Assembly (NCBI GenBank): GCA_965198235.1
Contig: OZ240248.1
Location: forward strand, 1,728,001 to 1,792,000
Length of the DNA stretch: 64,000 nt
Reading direction: 5' to 3'
Source: Candidatus Poribacteria bacterium
GTDB lineage: Bacteria; Poribacteria; WGA-4E; WGA-3G
The translations under genes were made by a program, and so were the position numbers. The number at the start of each line of letters is the position of its first letter. Positions within the stretch are counted from its first letter, which is position 1. Positions 21,033 to 32,026 of the stretch are shown here, piece after piece. The notes beneath the pieces are model-generated. The model had not been told where the DNA came from, did not search any database, and was given only the letters and a program-made list of their open reading frames with translations.

Positions 21033-21360
21033 ATGAAACCACATAGAAATTATGCAATAGGGTTGCTTATCGCACTACTGTTTATGTCAACCACAAACCT
21101 ACAAACTTGGGCAGCAGAAAACACACAAACCGTTCAGAAAGAACTCCCGGCAGTCAAAACCGAGCAGCCACCCACCATTGATGGTATTCTCGATGATGCC
21201 TGTTGGCGAAACGCACCACAAGCTACCGGCTTCACCGATGAACGCACCGAAAAATCGGCAAAGAATCAATCTGTCAAGTCTCACAATCGTTAACGGCGAC
21301 ATCCCAGTATCAGCAGTGCGTTTCTTTCGCACCATCGCCGTGACAGCGAAGCGAACAACT
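21033..21360 (+). pseudogene. Internally deleted paralog of the CBM9/DUF5916 gene
   Basis: Matches about 14850-15075, then jumps at about 21275 to sequence matching about 15935-16020. Confidence 0.85.
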
Positions 21361-21368
21361 TAGTTCAT

Positions 21369-21545
21369 CATCTCAGAGAACATCTTAAACTATTGAAGTC
21401 GGTCGGTGGCAACTATGTGCGGTCTACGATGAGTTGGGTTGATGAAGGCGATGTGCCACCTTCAAAAAAGTCGGTGACCTATATGACTTAATCAGTGGAA
21501 CGATGAATTTTGGAACCGTTTTCGGAACTTCATCTGCTCCGACTG
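21369..21545 (+). pseudogene. Fragment of a glycoside-hydrolase-like TIM-barrel protein
   Basis: With two 1-nt corrections reads LREHLKLLKSVGGNYVRSTMSWVDEGDVPPFKKVGDLYDLNQWNDEFWNRFRNF. Confidence 0.5.
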
Positions 21546-21758
21546 AAGATCAGTGGGCAGTCTTGATTCAATTGAGATAAGTGTAAATAAAATCGCTGGA
21601 CGGAGCGTCAAACTCCCACCCTATTAAAAGCAGAGGGATATGAAAATCCATTTGTAGATAGTCGAGGTAGCCTTGCTACTACCGAGATAACCATCATCTC
21701 TCTAATCTTTTCTATCTGCGTTCTGCAAACTTCTAACTCAGAAAGTATTCCATTTTTT

Positions 21759-21787
21759 TTGCATTCCCCGCATCCGCGTGTTATAAT
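21759..21787 (+). promoter_or_regulatory. sigma70 promoter of the atp operon
   Basis: TTGCAT-17 nt-TATAAT with extended TGn. Confidence 0.65.
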
Positions 21788-21853
21788 ATATAATGTTGTT
21801 TGATAAGAGGCTACCGTCTGATAAACGTGTTCCATTTTTTTGAAGGTGCAGCG

Positions 21854-22153
21854 ATGTTAATATTTAAGGAACGGCTGAAACATCTGAAAAATGATAATAT
21901 AGGGATGTTCGACCTCGCTTCGATCGGGATAACGCTTGCGCTCGCGATTTGTATCGGCTATTTCGGTGGCAAGTGGCTCGGTGGAAAATTAGGCAACGCA
22001 GCCGTTGGATCCTACATCGGTTTCGGAATAGGAGTTGCCGCTGGATTCATGGAGATGTTTCGCTCGATAGCACGCTGGAACCGCCAACTCGAACGTCTGG
22101 AAAAACAGCGTCGTGCCGCCTCAGAAAACGCGCAGGATACTGAAGAAGGATAA
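21854..22153 (+). CDS. atpZ: AtpZ/AtpI-family small membrane protein
   Basis: Two TM helices with Gly pattern (IGYFGGKWLG, GFGIGVAAGF); first gene of the atp operon. Confidence 0.75.
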   Translation: MLIFKERLKHLKNDNIGMFDLASIGITLALAICIGYFGGKWLGGKLGNAAVGSYIGFGIGVAAGFMEMFRSIARWNRQLERLEKQRRAASENAQDTEEG

Positions 22154-22229
22154 AATCTGAAAGCAATCGAGATCCGAAAATTTCGGTGATCGTGATTCGT
22201 CGAAATTTGACGAAGGAGCAGTTACTTAG

Positions 22230-22637
22230 ATGGGTCCCGTTTTGGAAATTGGCGACCGATTTATCCGTCATGTCTATGTCTTGACAATCTGTCTCACCGT
22301 AGTCATTTCGGCAGTGTTGTTAGGATTCAAACGCCCCGCGCTCCCAAGTTTTCTGATCGGCAGTGCTATCAGTTTGAGTCTATTCTGGTCCATCGAATTT
22401 GTGGTTCGGCGGCTTGTTCGGCCCGGAAAAACGAAGTCCACAAAGTACTTATTGGGTTTCATCGCAATTGGTAAATACACGGTGCTCGGTGGACTCCTGT
22501 ATCTCCTGTTTAAAATGGAGTGGATGAATATCTACGCGTTCGCTGGTGGGATTGCTTTAGTGCAAGGTGCTATCATTATCAAAGCGATCGGTTTGATGGT
22601 GACTATCCTTTCAAATAAGGACCCGAATCAGTCTTGA
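22230..22637 (+). CDS. atpI: ATP synthase subunit I
   Basis: Four TM helices; located before atpB. Confidence 0.75.
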   Translation: MGPVLEIGDRFIRHVYVLTICLTVVISAVLLGFKRPALPSFLIGSAISLSLFWSIEFVVRRLVRPGKTKSTKYLLGFIAIGKYTVLGGLLYLLFKMEWMNIYAFAGGIALVQGAIIIKAIGLMVTILSNKDPNQS

Positions 22638-22642
22638 GGCGA

Positions 22643-22850
22643 TTTTCTAACTATGGGAATATAGGTGCTGCTCCAAATGTAAAGCATTCTCACTGCGAAG
22701 CAAAATTATGCCATTTAAGGTATAATTTCATTTCGCAGCGGTCTTCATCGAATTCCAACCAGAAATCCTGGGTGCTCAAAGGTTTCTGACTTCACCCAGA
22801 CACCATCGTGAAACGAAGTGGAACGATGATCAGATTTAATAGTTTAAAAT
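22643..22850. repeat. Back-to-back pair of GNA-hairpin intergenic elements
   Basis: Minus-strand expanded-loop copy at 22643-22745 (homologous to 27318-27407); plus-strand catcgt-GAAACGAAGTGGA-acgatg at 22804-22828. Confidence 0.8.
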
Positions 22851-22860
22851 ACAACAAAAC

Positions 22861-23724
22861 ATGAAAAAAATACCATTTATCTGCTTGGTTGTCGGATTCA
22901 GTTTGGCAGCGGTGGCCGGGAGTTTCGCAGCAGAGGATGCCTCCTCAACGGAAACCCACTCCGATGACCATGGGCACCGCACGTGGCTCTACTCAATTTC
23001 ACGGCTACTACCCGATGACATCATTCCAGAACCCAGTCGGTGGCATCAACCCGACCTGATTCCAAACACATATTTTGCGGTTCTCGTCTTAGTGCTGTTT
23101 TTCATCTTCGTAACTCGGAAGTTGAAGCGGCTTCCGGAAGGAAAAGGACAAACCCTTTTAGAGTTGTTTGTCGGCGGCATAATTGATTTCTTCGGTGGAA
23201 TTTTAGGCGACCACGGCAGAAAGTATGTCCCATTCGTTGGCTCCTACTTCATCTTTATCCTTTCCCTGAACTATCTCGGCCTCATCCCAGGTTTTCAAGC
23301 GCCAACAGCAGATTTGAATACAACGCTCGCGCTCGGCATAACTGCTGTGTTAGGGGTTCAAATTATCGCTATCAAAGAGAATGGGATAGTCGGTTATCTC
23401 AAGCATCTCATCGGTGACCCGCCGTTATTGGGCGTTTTGATGTTTCCACTTGAGATAATTGCACAGTTATCTCGCGCGGGTTCTCTCGCTGTCCGTCTTT
23501 TCGGCAACATTTTTGGTGAAGAATCAGTGATTGTTGAGCTCACGAAACTGGGGCTCCTCGTCCTAATTGCTGGGGCTGTTCCAATCCTTCCGGTTCAAGT
23601 GCCGATGCTGTTCTTTGGATTGTTCGGTGGTTTTCTGCAAGCGTTCGTTTTCACCATCTTAACATCTATCTATATCGTGCTTTTCATAGAACACGATGAA
23701 GAAGCGCATGAAGCGCATCATTAA
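22861..23724 (+). CDS. atpB: ATP synthase Fo subunit a
   Basis: PTADLNTT, SLAVRLFGNIFGEE, LQAFVFTILTSIYI. Confidence 0.96.
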   Translation: MKKIPFICLVVGFSLAAVAGSFAAEDASSTETHSDDHGHRTWLYSISRLLPDDIIPEPSRWHQPDLIPNTYFAVLVLVLFFIFVTRKLKRLPEGKGQTLLELFVGGIIDFFGGILGDHGRKYVPFVGSYFIFILSLNYLGLIPGFQAPTADLNTTLALGITAVLGVQIIAIKENGIVGYLKHLIGDPPLLGVLMFPLEIIAQLSRAGSLAVRLFGNIFGEESVIVELTKLGLLVLIAGAVPILPVQVPMLFFGLFGGFLQAFVFTILTSIYIVLFIEHDEEAHEAHH

Positions 23725-23775
23725 TTCTGTGGGACAAGTAAAAGCTTGCCCCTATCCGTCCAAGGAGGACATTTT

Positions 23776-24081
23776 ATGATTTATTTAGCAGTGTTGGCGC
23801 TTGGTGTAACTTTAGGGTTACCGATCGCTGTTATTTTTGCCTCAACAGCGCAAGGCAGGGCAACAAGTACTGCTCTTGAAGGAATTGCACGTCAACCTGA
23901 GTCATCTGCGAGAATTCAAACCGCGATGATTATCGGTTTGGCACTCATCGAGTCGCTCGTTATCTATTCGCTGTTGATGTTCTTTGTCTTGCAGAGCAAA
24001 CTCCCCGAAGGCGAAATGCTGAGAGAGATGATTGATGCAGACGCGAAACGAGTTGCGACAGATGTCAGAGACGGAAATTAA
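23776..24081 (+). CDS. atpE: ATP synthase Fo subunit c
   Basis: IARQPE loop, IGLALIESLVIY; GGAGG RBS. Confidence 0.96.
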   Translation: MIYLAVLALGVTLGLPIAVIFASTAQGRATSTALEGIARQPESSARIQTAMIIGLALIESLVIYSLLMFFVLQSKLPEGEMLREMIDADAKRVATDVRDGN

Positions 24082-24208
24082 TATATCCCTTGACTGAAGA
24101 CGGACAGCGAGGCTTGCACGCCCAGACAGAGATGATGGGTTGGTGACAATGGCAGGTTGATATCGAGGCGTTACGTCTTCAATTTGAACAACAGAGTACA
24201 ATAAACTT

Positions 24209-24850
24209 ATGCGAAACATCAAACATAGGCTTTCGCTTCGCAAGAGACGCTTGCAAGCGGCACGCTACGGGACCCTATATGGATGCTGCTTCATTTTGAT
24301 GAGCATGTGCCTCAGCAGCGCGTTCGCCGCTGAAGCTCCTGCCGGTGAAGGTGGACTTTTGGCACTGCTCGGTATTGATCCGAAGACGATTATCATTCAA
24401 GTCATCGGTTTCCTTGTTGTGCTCGCGGTACTTTGGAAGTTTGTCTTCGGTAAGGTGGGTGGCCTCTTAGAGGAACGGCGCACCGAAATCACCACGCAGT
24501 CGGAGCAATTGAGGGCTGACCGCGAAGAATTGGACCGGCTCACCGCAGAGACGCGCCAACGTTTAGCCGATATTGAGACCGAAGCACAAGCCAAAATTCA
24601 AGCGGCGATTGAACAGGGGAATACTGAACGTCAGCAAATTCTCGTACAGGCACGGCAAGAGGCGGACGATGAAGTCGCAAGAGCCAGAGCAGAGATTCAG
24701 CGTGAAAAAGACGAGGCTATCTCAGAACTGCGAGGCGTTGTCGCTGAACTCGCCATTGATGCCGCCAGCAAAATCATAAGTGCGGAACTCAACGCAGAGA
24801 GGCATCAGCATATCATTGATGCATCTATTAGCAGGTTACCAATTTCTTAA
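24209..24850 (+). CDS. atpF: ATP synthase Fo subunit b (start uncertain; may be 24299-24305)
   Basis: QVIGFLVVLAVLWKFVF TM followed by coiled coil; ELAIDAASKII. Confidence 0.92.
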   Translation: MRNIKHRLSLRKRRLQAARYGTLYGCCFILMSMCLSSAFAAEAPAGEGGLLALLGIDPKTIIIQVIGFLVVLAVLWKFVFGKVGGLLEERRTEITTQSEQLRADREELDRLTAETRQRLADIETEAQAKIQAAIEQGNTERQQILVQARQEADDEVARARAEIQREKDEAISELRGVVAELAIDAASKIISAELNAERHQHIIDASISRLPIS

Positions 24851-24997
24851 CTATTAACACCTGAGTGCCATTCCATTCCATTCCATGGCGGTTTTCGGTG
24901 AATGCCAACCCGCTCCAGGTGCGCAAAGGTTTCTGACTTCACCAAACCCCCTCGTGAAACGAAGTGGAACGAGGCCCAGAGGCATATAATTAGAAAT
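24843..24997. repeat. Back-to-back pair of GNA-hairpin elements filling the atpF-atpH spacer
   Basis: Minus copy gccat-GGAATGGAATGGA-atggc (24867-24889) ends in the atpF stop; plus copy cctcgt-GAAACGAAGTGGA-acgagg (24950-24974) ends TTAGAAAT before ATG 24998. Confidence 0.85.
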
Positions 24998-25537
24998 ATG
25001 AGAGACATTCGGGTTGCAAAACCTTATGCACGCGCCCTATACGATGCAGCGGTGGAACAGAACGCCTTGGCACCTATTGTCGCAGATGTAGATAGGCTGC
25101 GAGAGTTGGTTGAACAGTCTGAGGAATTCACGCAATTAATCCACAGCCCTATTCTGTCTCCACAATTTAAGAGCGAGACGTTTCAGCAGCTTTTTACCGA
25201 TACGATGCAACCTCTGACCGTTAATTTTTTCAAACTCCTCGCGTTGAAGCAGCGTGAACGTTATCTCGTCGCGATCATGGATGTCTTTTCGGCAATGGTT
25301 GACGAGGCTGCTGGTAGGCTCGTCGCAAAAGTGACGACGGCTGTACCTATAACAGCCGAACAAGAGGAACGACTCGCCGAGCAATTAAGCACGTACTCAG
25401 GGAAACAGGTGCGGCTGGAGACCATAACTGACCCACAAATTCAGGGTGGATTCATCGTGCAGTTAGACGACACCGTTTTTGATGCAAGCGTTACAACACA
25501 GCTTCAACGCTTGAAGCAACAGCTTGCAAGCGGATAA
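24998..25537 (+). CDS. atpH: ATP synthase F1 subunit delta
   Basis: VAKPYARALY, DPQIQGGFIVQLDDTVFDAS. Confidence 0.95.
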   Translation: MRDIRVAKPYARALYDAAVEQNALAPIVADVDRLRELVEQSEEFTQLIHSPILSPQFKSETFQQLFTDTMQPLTVNFFKLLALKQRERYLVAIMDVFSAMVDEAAGRLVAKVTTAVPITAEQEERLAEQLSTYSGKQVRLETITDPQIQGGFIVQLDDTVFDASVTTQLQRLKQQLASG

Positions 25538-25657
25538 CGTACTGCGCGATTGTAAATGCATCTGCCTATTTTCTATAGGGTCGGGGCGATGTAGGGTGAA
25601 ACTCCCAAGGTTTTCCATCTTAAAGAAACGAGCGCGACTCCACAGAGGACTGAAAAT

Positions 25658-27172
25658 ATGGCAAGAGAAGTCCGACCGGACGAAATATCAAATATCCTTA
25701 AACAACAACTGCAACAGTTTGAACAGAACGTGGATGTCTATGACTCCGGCACGGTGCTGGAGGTAGGCGATGGCATCGCGCGGGTGCATGGGCTTGCCAA
25801 CGCTATGGCAAGTGAAATGATCGAATTTCCTAACGATGTCTACGGCATCGCTTTCAACCTCGAAGAAGACAATGTTGGTTGCGTTCTGTTCGGAGAAGAC
25901 CAACTCATACACGAAGGCGATACCGCCAAACGCACTGGAAGACTGCCGGAAGTACCCGTGGGTGAGGCACTTCTCGGACGGATTGTCGATGCACTCGGTC
26001 AACCTATTGATGGCTTGGGCGACATTGAAACTGAACATCGACTTCCGGTCGAACAGAAAGGTCTCGGCATTGTTCAACGTCAACCGGTTAGCGAGCCCCT
26101 TTACACAGGCTTAAAAGCTATTGACAGCTTAACACCGATCGGGAGAGGTCAGCGTGAACTGATTATTGGTGACCGTCGAACCGGCAAGACCGCCATTGCC
26201 TTGGATACTATCTTGAGTCAGAAAGATACAGATGTCTACTGTATCTATGTCGCTATTGGTCAAAAAGGTTCCACTTTGGCGCAAGTTGCAGCTACGCTTC
26301 GTGAGCATAACGCGATGGAGTATACGACTATCGTCTCATCACCTGCGAGTGCGCCGTCACCACTTCAGTACCTCGCACCCTATTCCGGTACTGCAATGGG
26401 TGAATACTTCAGGGACAACGGCAAACACGCCCTCATTATCTATGATGACCTAACGAAACACGCGTGGGCGTACCGTCAGATGTCACTGCTTTCACGAAGG
26501 CCTCCCGGTAGGGAAGCCTATCCGGGTGATGTCTTCTACCTGCACTCACGTCTGTTAGAACGCGCCGCAAAATTGAGCGATGAATTGGGCGGAGGTTCTC
26601 TCACTGCCTTGCCGATTATTGAGATCTTTGAAGGCGATTTGACGACCTATATTCCTACGAACGTTATCTCCATCACCGATGGACAGATATACCTCACGAC
26701 GGACCTGTTTAACCAAGGTGTGAGACCTGCGATCGATGTCGGGTTATCCGTTTCCCGTGTAGGTGGTGATGCCCAAGTGAAAGCGATGGATACACGAGAG
26801 GTCGCAGGGACCCTTAAACTCGATCTCGCGAGTTTTCGGGAAGTTGCTGCCTTTGCGCAATTTGGATCGGATTTGGACGCATCAACGCAATCCTTGCTTC
26901 TACGCGGCACACGGCTCGTTGAATTGCTGAAACAACCCGAATATCAACCGATGCCTGTCGAACGCGAAGTCGCCTCTATCTTCTGCGGCACCAACGGCTA
27001 TCTGGATGATGTCGAGGAAACAGAAGTGGCTCGGTTTGAATCCGAATTTCTGCAATATCTTGACAGGAATCACACAGAACTCCTCACAGAAATCGCAGAA
27101 ACAGGTTTGCTGGGTGATGAACTCCTTGAGACCTTACACGCTGCCGTGAAGACGTTCAAGGAAAATTTTTAA
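25658..27172 (+). CDS. atpA: ATP synthase F1 subunit alpha
   Basis: [39 protein letters not shown]. Confidence 0.98.
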   Translation: MAREVRPDEISNILKQQLQQFEQNVDVYDSGTVLEVGDGIARVHGLANAMASEMIEFPNDVYGIAFNLEEDNVGCVLFGEDQLIHEGDTAKRTGRLPEVPVGEALLGRIVDALGQPIDGLGDIETEHRLPVEQKGLGIVQRQPVSEPLYTGLKAIDSLTPIGRGQRELIIGDRRTGKTAIALDTILSQKDTDVYCIYVAIGQKGSTLAQVAATLREHNAMEYTTIVSSPASAPSPLQYLAPYSGTAMGEYFRDNGKHALIIYDDLTKHAWAYRQMSLLSRRPPGREAYPGDVFYLHSRLLERAAKLSDELGGGSLTALPIIEIFEGDLTTYIPTNVISITDGQIYLTTDLFNQGVRPAIDVGLSVSRVGGDAQVKAMDTREVAGTLKLDLASFREVAAFAQFGSDLDASTQSLLLRGTRLVELLKQPEYQPMPVEREVASIFCGTNGYLDDVEETEVARFESEFLQYLDRNHTELLTEIAETGLLGDELLETLHAAVKTFKENF

Positions 27173-27407
27173 CTGTTTTTTGATGATACCTTGCGGTTCA
27201 GTCAGGTGGGTGGCATAAATAGCGTTCATTTCCGTATATCCGCTCTCCACTTCGTTACGAGTTGCGCGCTAAAAAAACGTCAAAACGCCCAAACCCAGTT
27301 GAGACTTCACCAGAAACCCGCTCGTGATGAAATTAGGTTTCCTTAAATGGCATAATTTGTCTTAGCTTTACATTTGGAGAGCGGCCCAGGGGCCCATAGT
27401 TAAAAAA
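27173..27407. repeat. Back-to-back pair of GNA-hairpin elements filling the atpA-atpG spacer
   Basis: Minus copy with loop GTAACGAAGTGGA (27246-27258) and GAACCGCAAGG end; plus expanded-loop copy ending TTAAAAAA before ATG 27408. Confidence 0.85.
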
Positions 27408-28286
27408 ATGGCAACTTTACGAGAAATTCGCAGGCGTATCGCTAGCATTCAAAACATCGAGCAAGTCACTGATGCAATGCGCGTCGTGGCTGCTGCGCGG
27501 CTCCGCCGTGCCCAAGAAAATATTAATGCGACTCGTCCTTACGCTGATAAACTCAACACCATCTTAGGACACTTAATCTCGCAGATGGATACTGAAAATG
27601 AAGCACTGACACACCCGCTGCTTGAAACGCGTGAGATAAAGCATGCCTGCATCATTTCTGTCTCCTCAGACCGAGGGTTGTGTGGTAGTTTCAACAGTAA
27701 CGTTATTCGGACAACCACACAACGTATCCAACATTATCAAGAGAGTGGTGTCGATGTAACGCTCATCTGTATCGGTAGACGATCGCAAGAGCATTTTGCA
27801 CGGCGCGGTTACGACATCACCGATGCATACATCAATATTTTCCGTCAGCTCGAGTTCCAAACGGCTGTTGATGTTGTTCACGAGTTTGAACACCTTTATA
27901 CAGATAAAAAGATTGATAAAGTCGAGGTTATCTACAACAACTTCAAGTCTGCTATTCTCCAGACCGTGCTTGTTGAGCAGCTTCTCCCATTAGAGCCTGA
28001 AATACCGGAAGGTGATGAACTTTTTCTGGATTATATCTATGAACCGGGGCAGGTGGAACTCTTTGAAATGCTACTCGGCAAACATCTGAACATGCAAATG
28101 TGGAAAGTACTGCTGGATTCCAACGCGGCGGAGCAAGCAGCCCGAATGGCAGCGATGGAGAATGCCACGCAGAAGGCAAAAGAACTTATTGATGAGCTCA
28201 TTCTTCAACGCAATAGAGCACGTCAAACGCAGATCACGACGGAAATTTCTGAGATCGTAAGTGGTGCGGCTGCACTGGAAGGTTAA
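27408..28286 (+). CDS. atpG: ATP synthase F1 subunit gamma
   Basis: SSDRGLCGSFN, ARMAAMENAT, RARQTQITTEISEIVSGA. Confidence 0.98.
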   Translation: MATLREIRRRIASIQNIEQVTDAMRVVAAARLRRAQENINATRPYADKLNTILGHLISQMDTENEALTHPLLETREIKHACIISVSSDRGLCGSFNSNVIRTTTQRIQHYQESGVDVTLICIGRRSQEHFARRGYDITDAYINIFRQLEFQTAVDVVHEFEHLYTDKKIDKVEVIYNNFKSAILQTVLVEQLLPLEPEIPEGDELFLDYIYEPGQVELFEMLLGKHLNMQMWKVLLDSNAAEQAARMAAMENATQKAKELIDELILQRNRARQTQITTEISEIVSGAAALEG

Positions 28287-28327
28287 AAGTAGTAGGCAGG
28301 CTCCGTTCTGCCGTGAGGAGGTTCCAG

Positions 28328-28801
28328 ATGCCAATCAATGTCAACAAACAGATTGAAGAGGCGATGGAACGCGGCGAATTCGCGAATTTGCCCGGCAAAG
28401 GCAAACCCCTCAAGTTGGATACGAATCCCTTCCTCACCCCACAAGCACGAATGGCGAACCGACTCCTGAAAGAGAACGGGTTTGCGCCGCGGTGGGTTGA
28501 ATTAGAGAAAGAGATTAAACAGGGAAAAGCGCAACTTGAAAGAGTCCTCATAAACCTAAAGGGTCGTCGAGAGCGGTTAGCAGCTATCGTCCAGCAGTAT
28601 CCGCATCGGCGTGAAGTCATCAGTCGGACTTTTGAACGAGAACGTGCTCGCGTTATTGCGCAATATAGTGAAAAACTCGAAAACCTGAATCAGAAAATTC
28701 AACGCGTGAATCTCCTCATGCCAACTCGAAATCGACAATACGCGTTAATCAATCGGGCACAGACACTCGCCCGCTTCCAAAAGGCGTGTCCGAGTCTCTG
28801 A
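28328..28801 (+). CDS. DUF1992 (DnaJ C28-like) domain protein
   Basis: QIEEAMERGEFANLPGKGKPL...RLLKENGFAPRWVEL. Confidence 0.88.
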   Translation: MPINVNKQIEEAMERGEFANLPGKGKPLKLDTNPFLTPQARMANRLLKENGFAPRWVELEKEIKQGKAQLERVLINLKGRRERLAAIVQQYPHRREVISRTFERERARVIAQYSEKLENLNQKIQRVNLLMPTRNRQYALINRAQTLARFQKACPSL

Positions 28802-28932
28802 CTGTTCATAGAAGTGTGCAGTATTATCTGTGATAGAGAACTACGACTTGGAACTGCCCGTGCGAAACAGAAATGCCAGAAAATTTGGGTGTAGCGAAAA
28901 GTTAACGACTCTGAATTAAAAAGGAACATCTC

Positions 28933-30341
<1,409 letters not shown>

Positions 30342-30379
30342 GTAAATAGCGGTCGGCTATCGGAAAGAGACGCAATCTT

Positions 30380-30787
30380 ATGCTAAATAGAAGTTTTCAT
30401 CTGGAAATTCGGACACCGGAACAGTTGGTTTATGAAGGGGATGTGGCGAGCGTTAGCGCACCGGGAGTTGCAGGCAACTTTCAGATTCTCGCCGGACACA
30501 TTCCGTTTCTTACCGCCTTAGAGGTCGGTGAGATCCGCATCCGTGAATCGGAGACACCGCAGTTAATGGCAACGAACGGCGGTGTCTTTGAGGTGCTCCG
30601 CACTGGTGTCACCGTCTTAGTTGAGACGGCGGAGTGGGCATCGGAGATCGATGTAGAACGTGCTGAAAAGGCACTCGACCGTGCCCAAGAACAACTCACG
30701 ACAAACGCACCCGATCTAAATCGCCCGCGCGCTGAAGCGGCACTCGCACGAGCACAGAACCGAACCAAAGTCGCAAGTAATTTGTAA
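30380..30787 (+). CDS. atpC: ATP synthase F1 subunit epsilon
   Basis: LEIRTPE, GNFQILAGH, IDVERAEKA. Confidence 0.96.
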   Translation: MLNRSFHLEIRTPEQLVYEGDVASVSAPGVAGNFQILAGHIPFLTALEVGEIRIRESETPQLMATNGGVFEVLRTGVTVLVETAEWASEIDVERAEKALDRAQEQLTTNAPDLNRPRAEAALARAQNRTKVASNL

Positions 30788-30808
30788 CCTTTCCTTCCCC
30801 ATTCTCCG

Positions 30809-30842
30809 GTAGGCGCGCTTTGTAAGCGCGCCCTTTTTTCTT
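30809..30842 (+). terminator. REP-like hairpin doubling as intrinsic terminator of the atp operon
   Basis: gtaggcgcgct-ttgta-agcgcgcc followed by a T run; inverted copy at 40001-40027. Confidence 0.75.
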
Positions 30843-30986
30843 CAGCTTTCTCAATACATTCCCAACGGATCTGGATCTATAGATTTATCTGGTGTATCAG
30901 GTGGTATCCACGGTTGGCGAAAGATTTCTTCCCAGTAATCCTCAATTGGCGTTGGCACCCAATCATCCCGTATATCTACAGCCTTT

Positions 30987-31340
30987 TTATCCTGATTTTT
31001 GCTTTGTCACAGTTTGTTCTATACTCACGCTTACAACTTGTCCCTTCTTAAGAGTTTTCAACACGACACTCACTTGAGGAATCAGCGGTGTGAGATGCGC
31101 GTAGCGATTGCTCTCAGCATCCAACAACACAGTGCCCATTTGAATTTTCTCCAAGTTTTGCTGATACAAAAACCCTTTATTCATTGTGATAAAGGCATCA
31201 AACTCAGCCGAAGCTTTTCGCAAAAGTTCCCCATTTTTTATACCCCTTCACCCCTGATATCCAACTGTGACAACTTCGATTGGGGCGGCAAAAAGTTGTC
31301 TCGGTCTGTGAGGTAGGTGCTCATCAAGCAACACGCGCAT
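30987..31340 (-). pseudogene. DUF5615 PIN-like toxin with in-frame TGA at codon 31
   Basis: MRVLLDEHLP...VGYQG*RGIKNGELLRKA...FITMNK..LYQQN; TGA at 31248-31250 falls at the expected Trp. Confidence 0.8.
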
Positions 31341-31542
31341 CAGTGGACTCCAGAGTCATCTGCAAGTAAGCCACAACTTGCTCACGTGAGACTGTCGGGA
31401 AATCGTCAAGGAATATATCAAGCGAGTCGCCTGCGACAAGGTGTTGAATCAGGCTTTCAACTGGCACGCGAGTGCCAGTAAAAACTAAGGTGCCGTGCAT
31501 CACGCGTGGATCTTGGGAGACAATTTCTTCTCTCTTCATCAT
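31324..31542 (-). CDS. DUF433 antitoxin
   Basis: DPRVMHGTLVFTGTRVPV...FLDDFPTVSREQV; overlaps the toxin start. Confidence 0.9.
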   Translation of the reverse strand: MMKREEIVSQDPRVMHGTLVFTGTRVPVESLIQHLVAGDSLDIFLDDFPTVSREQVVAYLQMTLESTDARVA

Positions 31543-31708
31543 CCATTTCTCTTCCTTATATGTTGTCGGTTGTTTCTACCTATAGCCAATCTCACTGTAT
31601 ATCTATAAGGTAACATGTTTTTGGGAAAATATTAAGATGGACGTAGAGACTTTCGCTGATGCCTTCCTAATCTGTTTTAAACGCTTGAAGTGTGAGTGCC
31701 TTGCCTTG

Positions 31709-32026
31709 TTAGAGTTGCAACCATTGACGCACTGCGTCTTCAACCTCTGATAACTGATCAGGCTGGAGATTCCCCAATTTTCTCAAGAACTTCGCTTCTG
31801 AGATTGTGACCAAACTTTGTGCGTCGAAAACACCGGTATCCAGAAATCTCGTTCTTATAGGGATTTCAAATCTTGAACCACGCGCGCTCGTTGTATGTGT
31901 CACGACAGTGACAAGTGCGCGATCTTGGGCAAGAGCGGGTATGCTGATGACGAGGCTGGGTCTGACTTTAGCTACCATTCCAAGATCAACTAACCAGACT
32001 TCACCTCGATTTTGTCTCTGCATCCT
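31709..32026 (-). CDS. MazF/PemK family toxin
   Basis: RGEVWLVDLGMVAKVRPSLVIS...KLGNL. Confidence 0.88.
   Translation of the reverse strand, partial: RMQRQNRGEVWLVDLGMVAKVRPSLVISIPALAQDRALVTVVTHTTSARGSRFEIPIRTRFLDTGVFDAQSLVTISEAKFLRKLGNLQPDQLSEVEDAVRQWLQL

Noticed and set aside
24093-24181. Structured RNA between atpE and atpF (tgaagacg...cgtcttca closing stem)
   Set aside because: Single copy with only an 8-bp stem and no recognisable family.
24902-24997. N-terminal extensions in the ORF track for atpH and the ORFs at 13384, 33253, 51976 and 57753
   Set aside because: They are translations of the intergenic repeat element; the true starts are the ATGs at the element ends.
31248-31250. Selenocysteine or alternative genetic code at the TGA in the PIN toxin
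   Set aside because: The position corresponds to Trp, not Cys, and TGA is a normal stop in many genes here.
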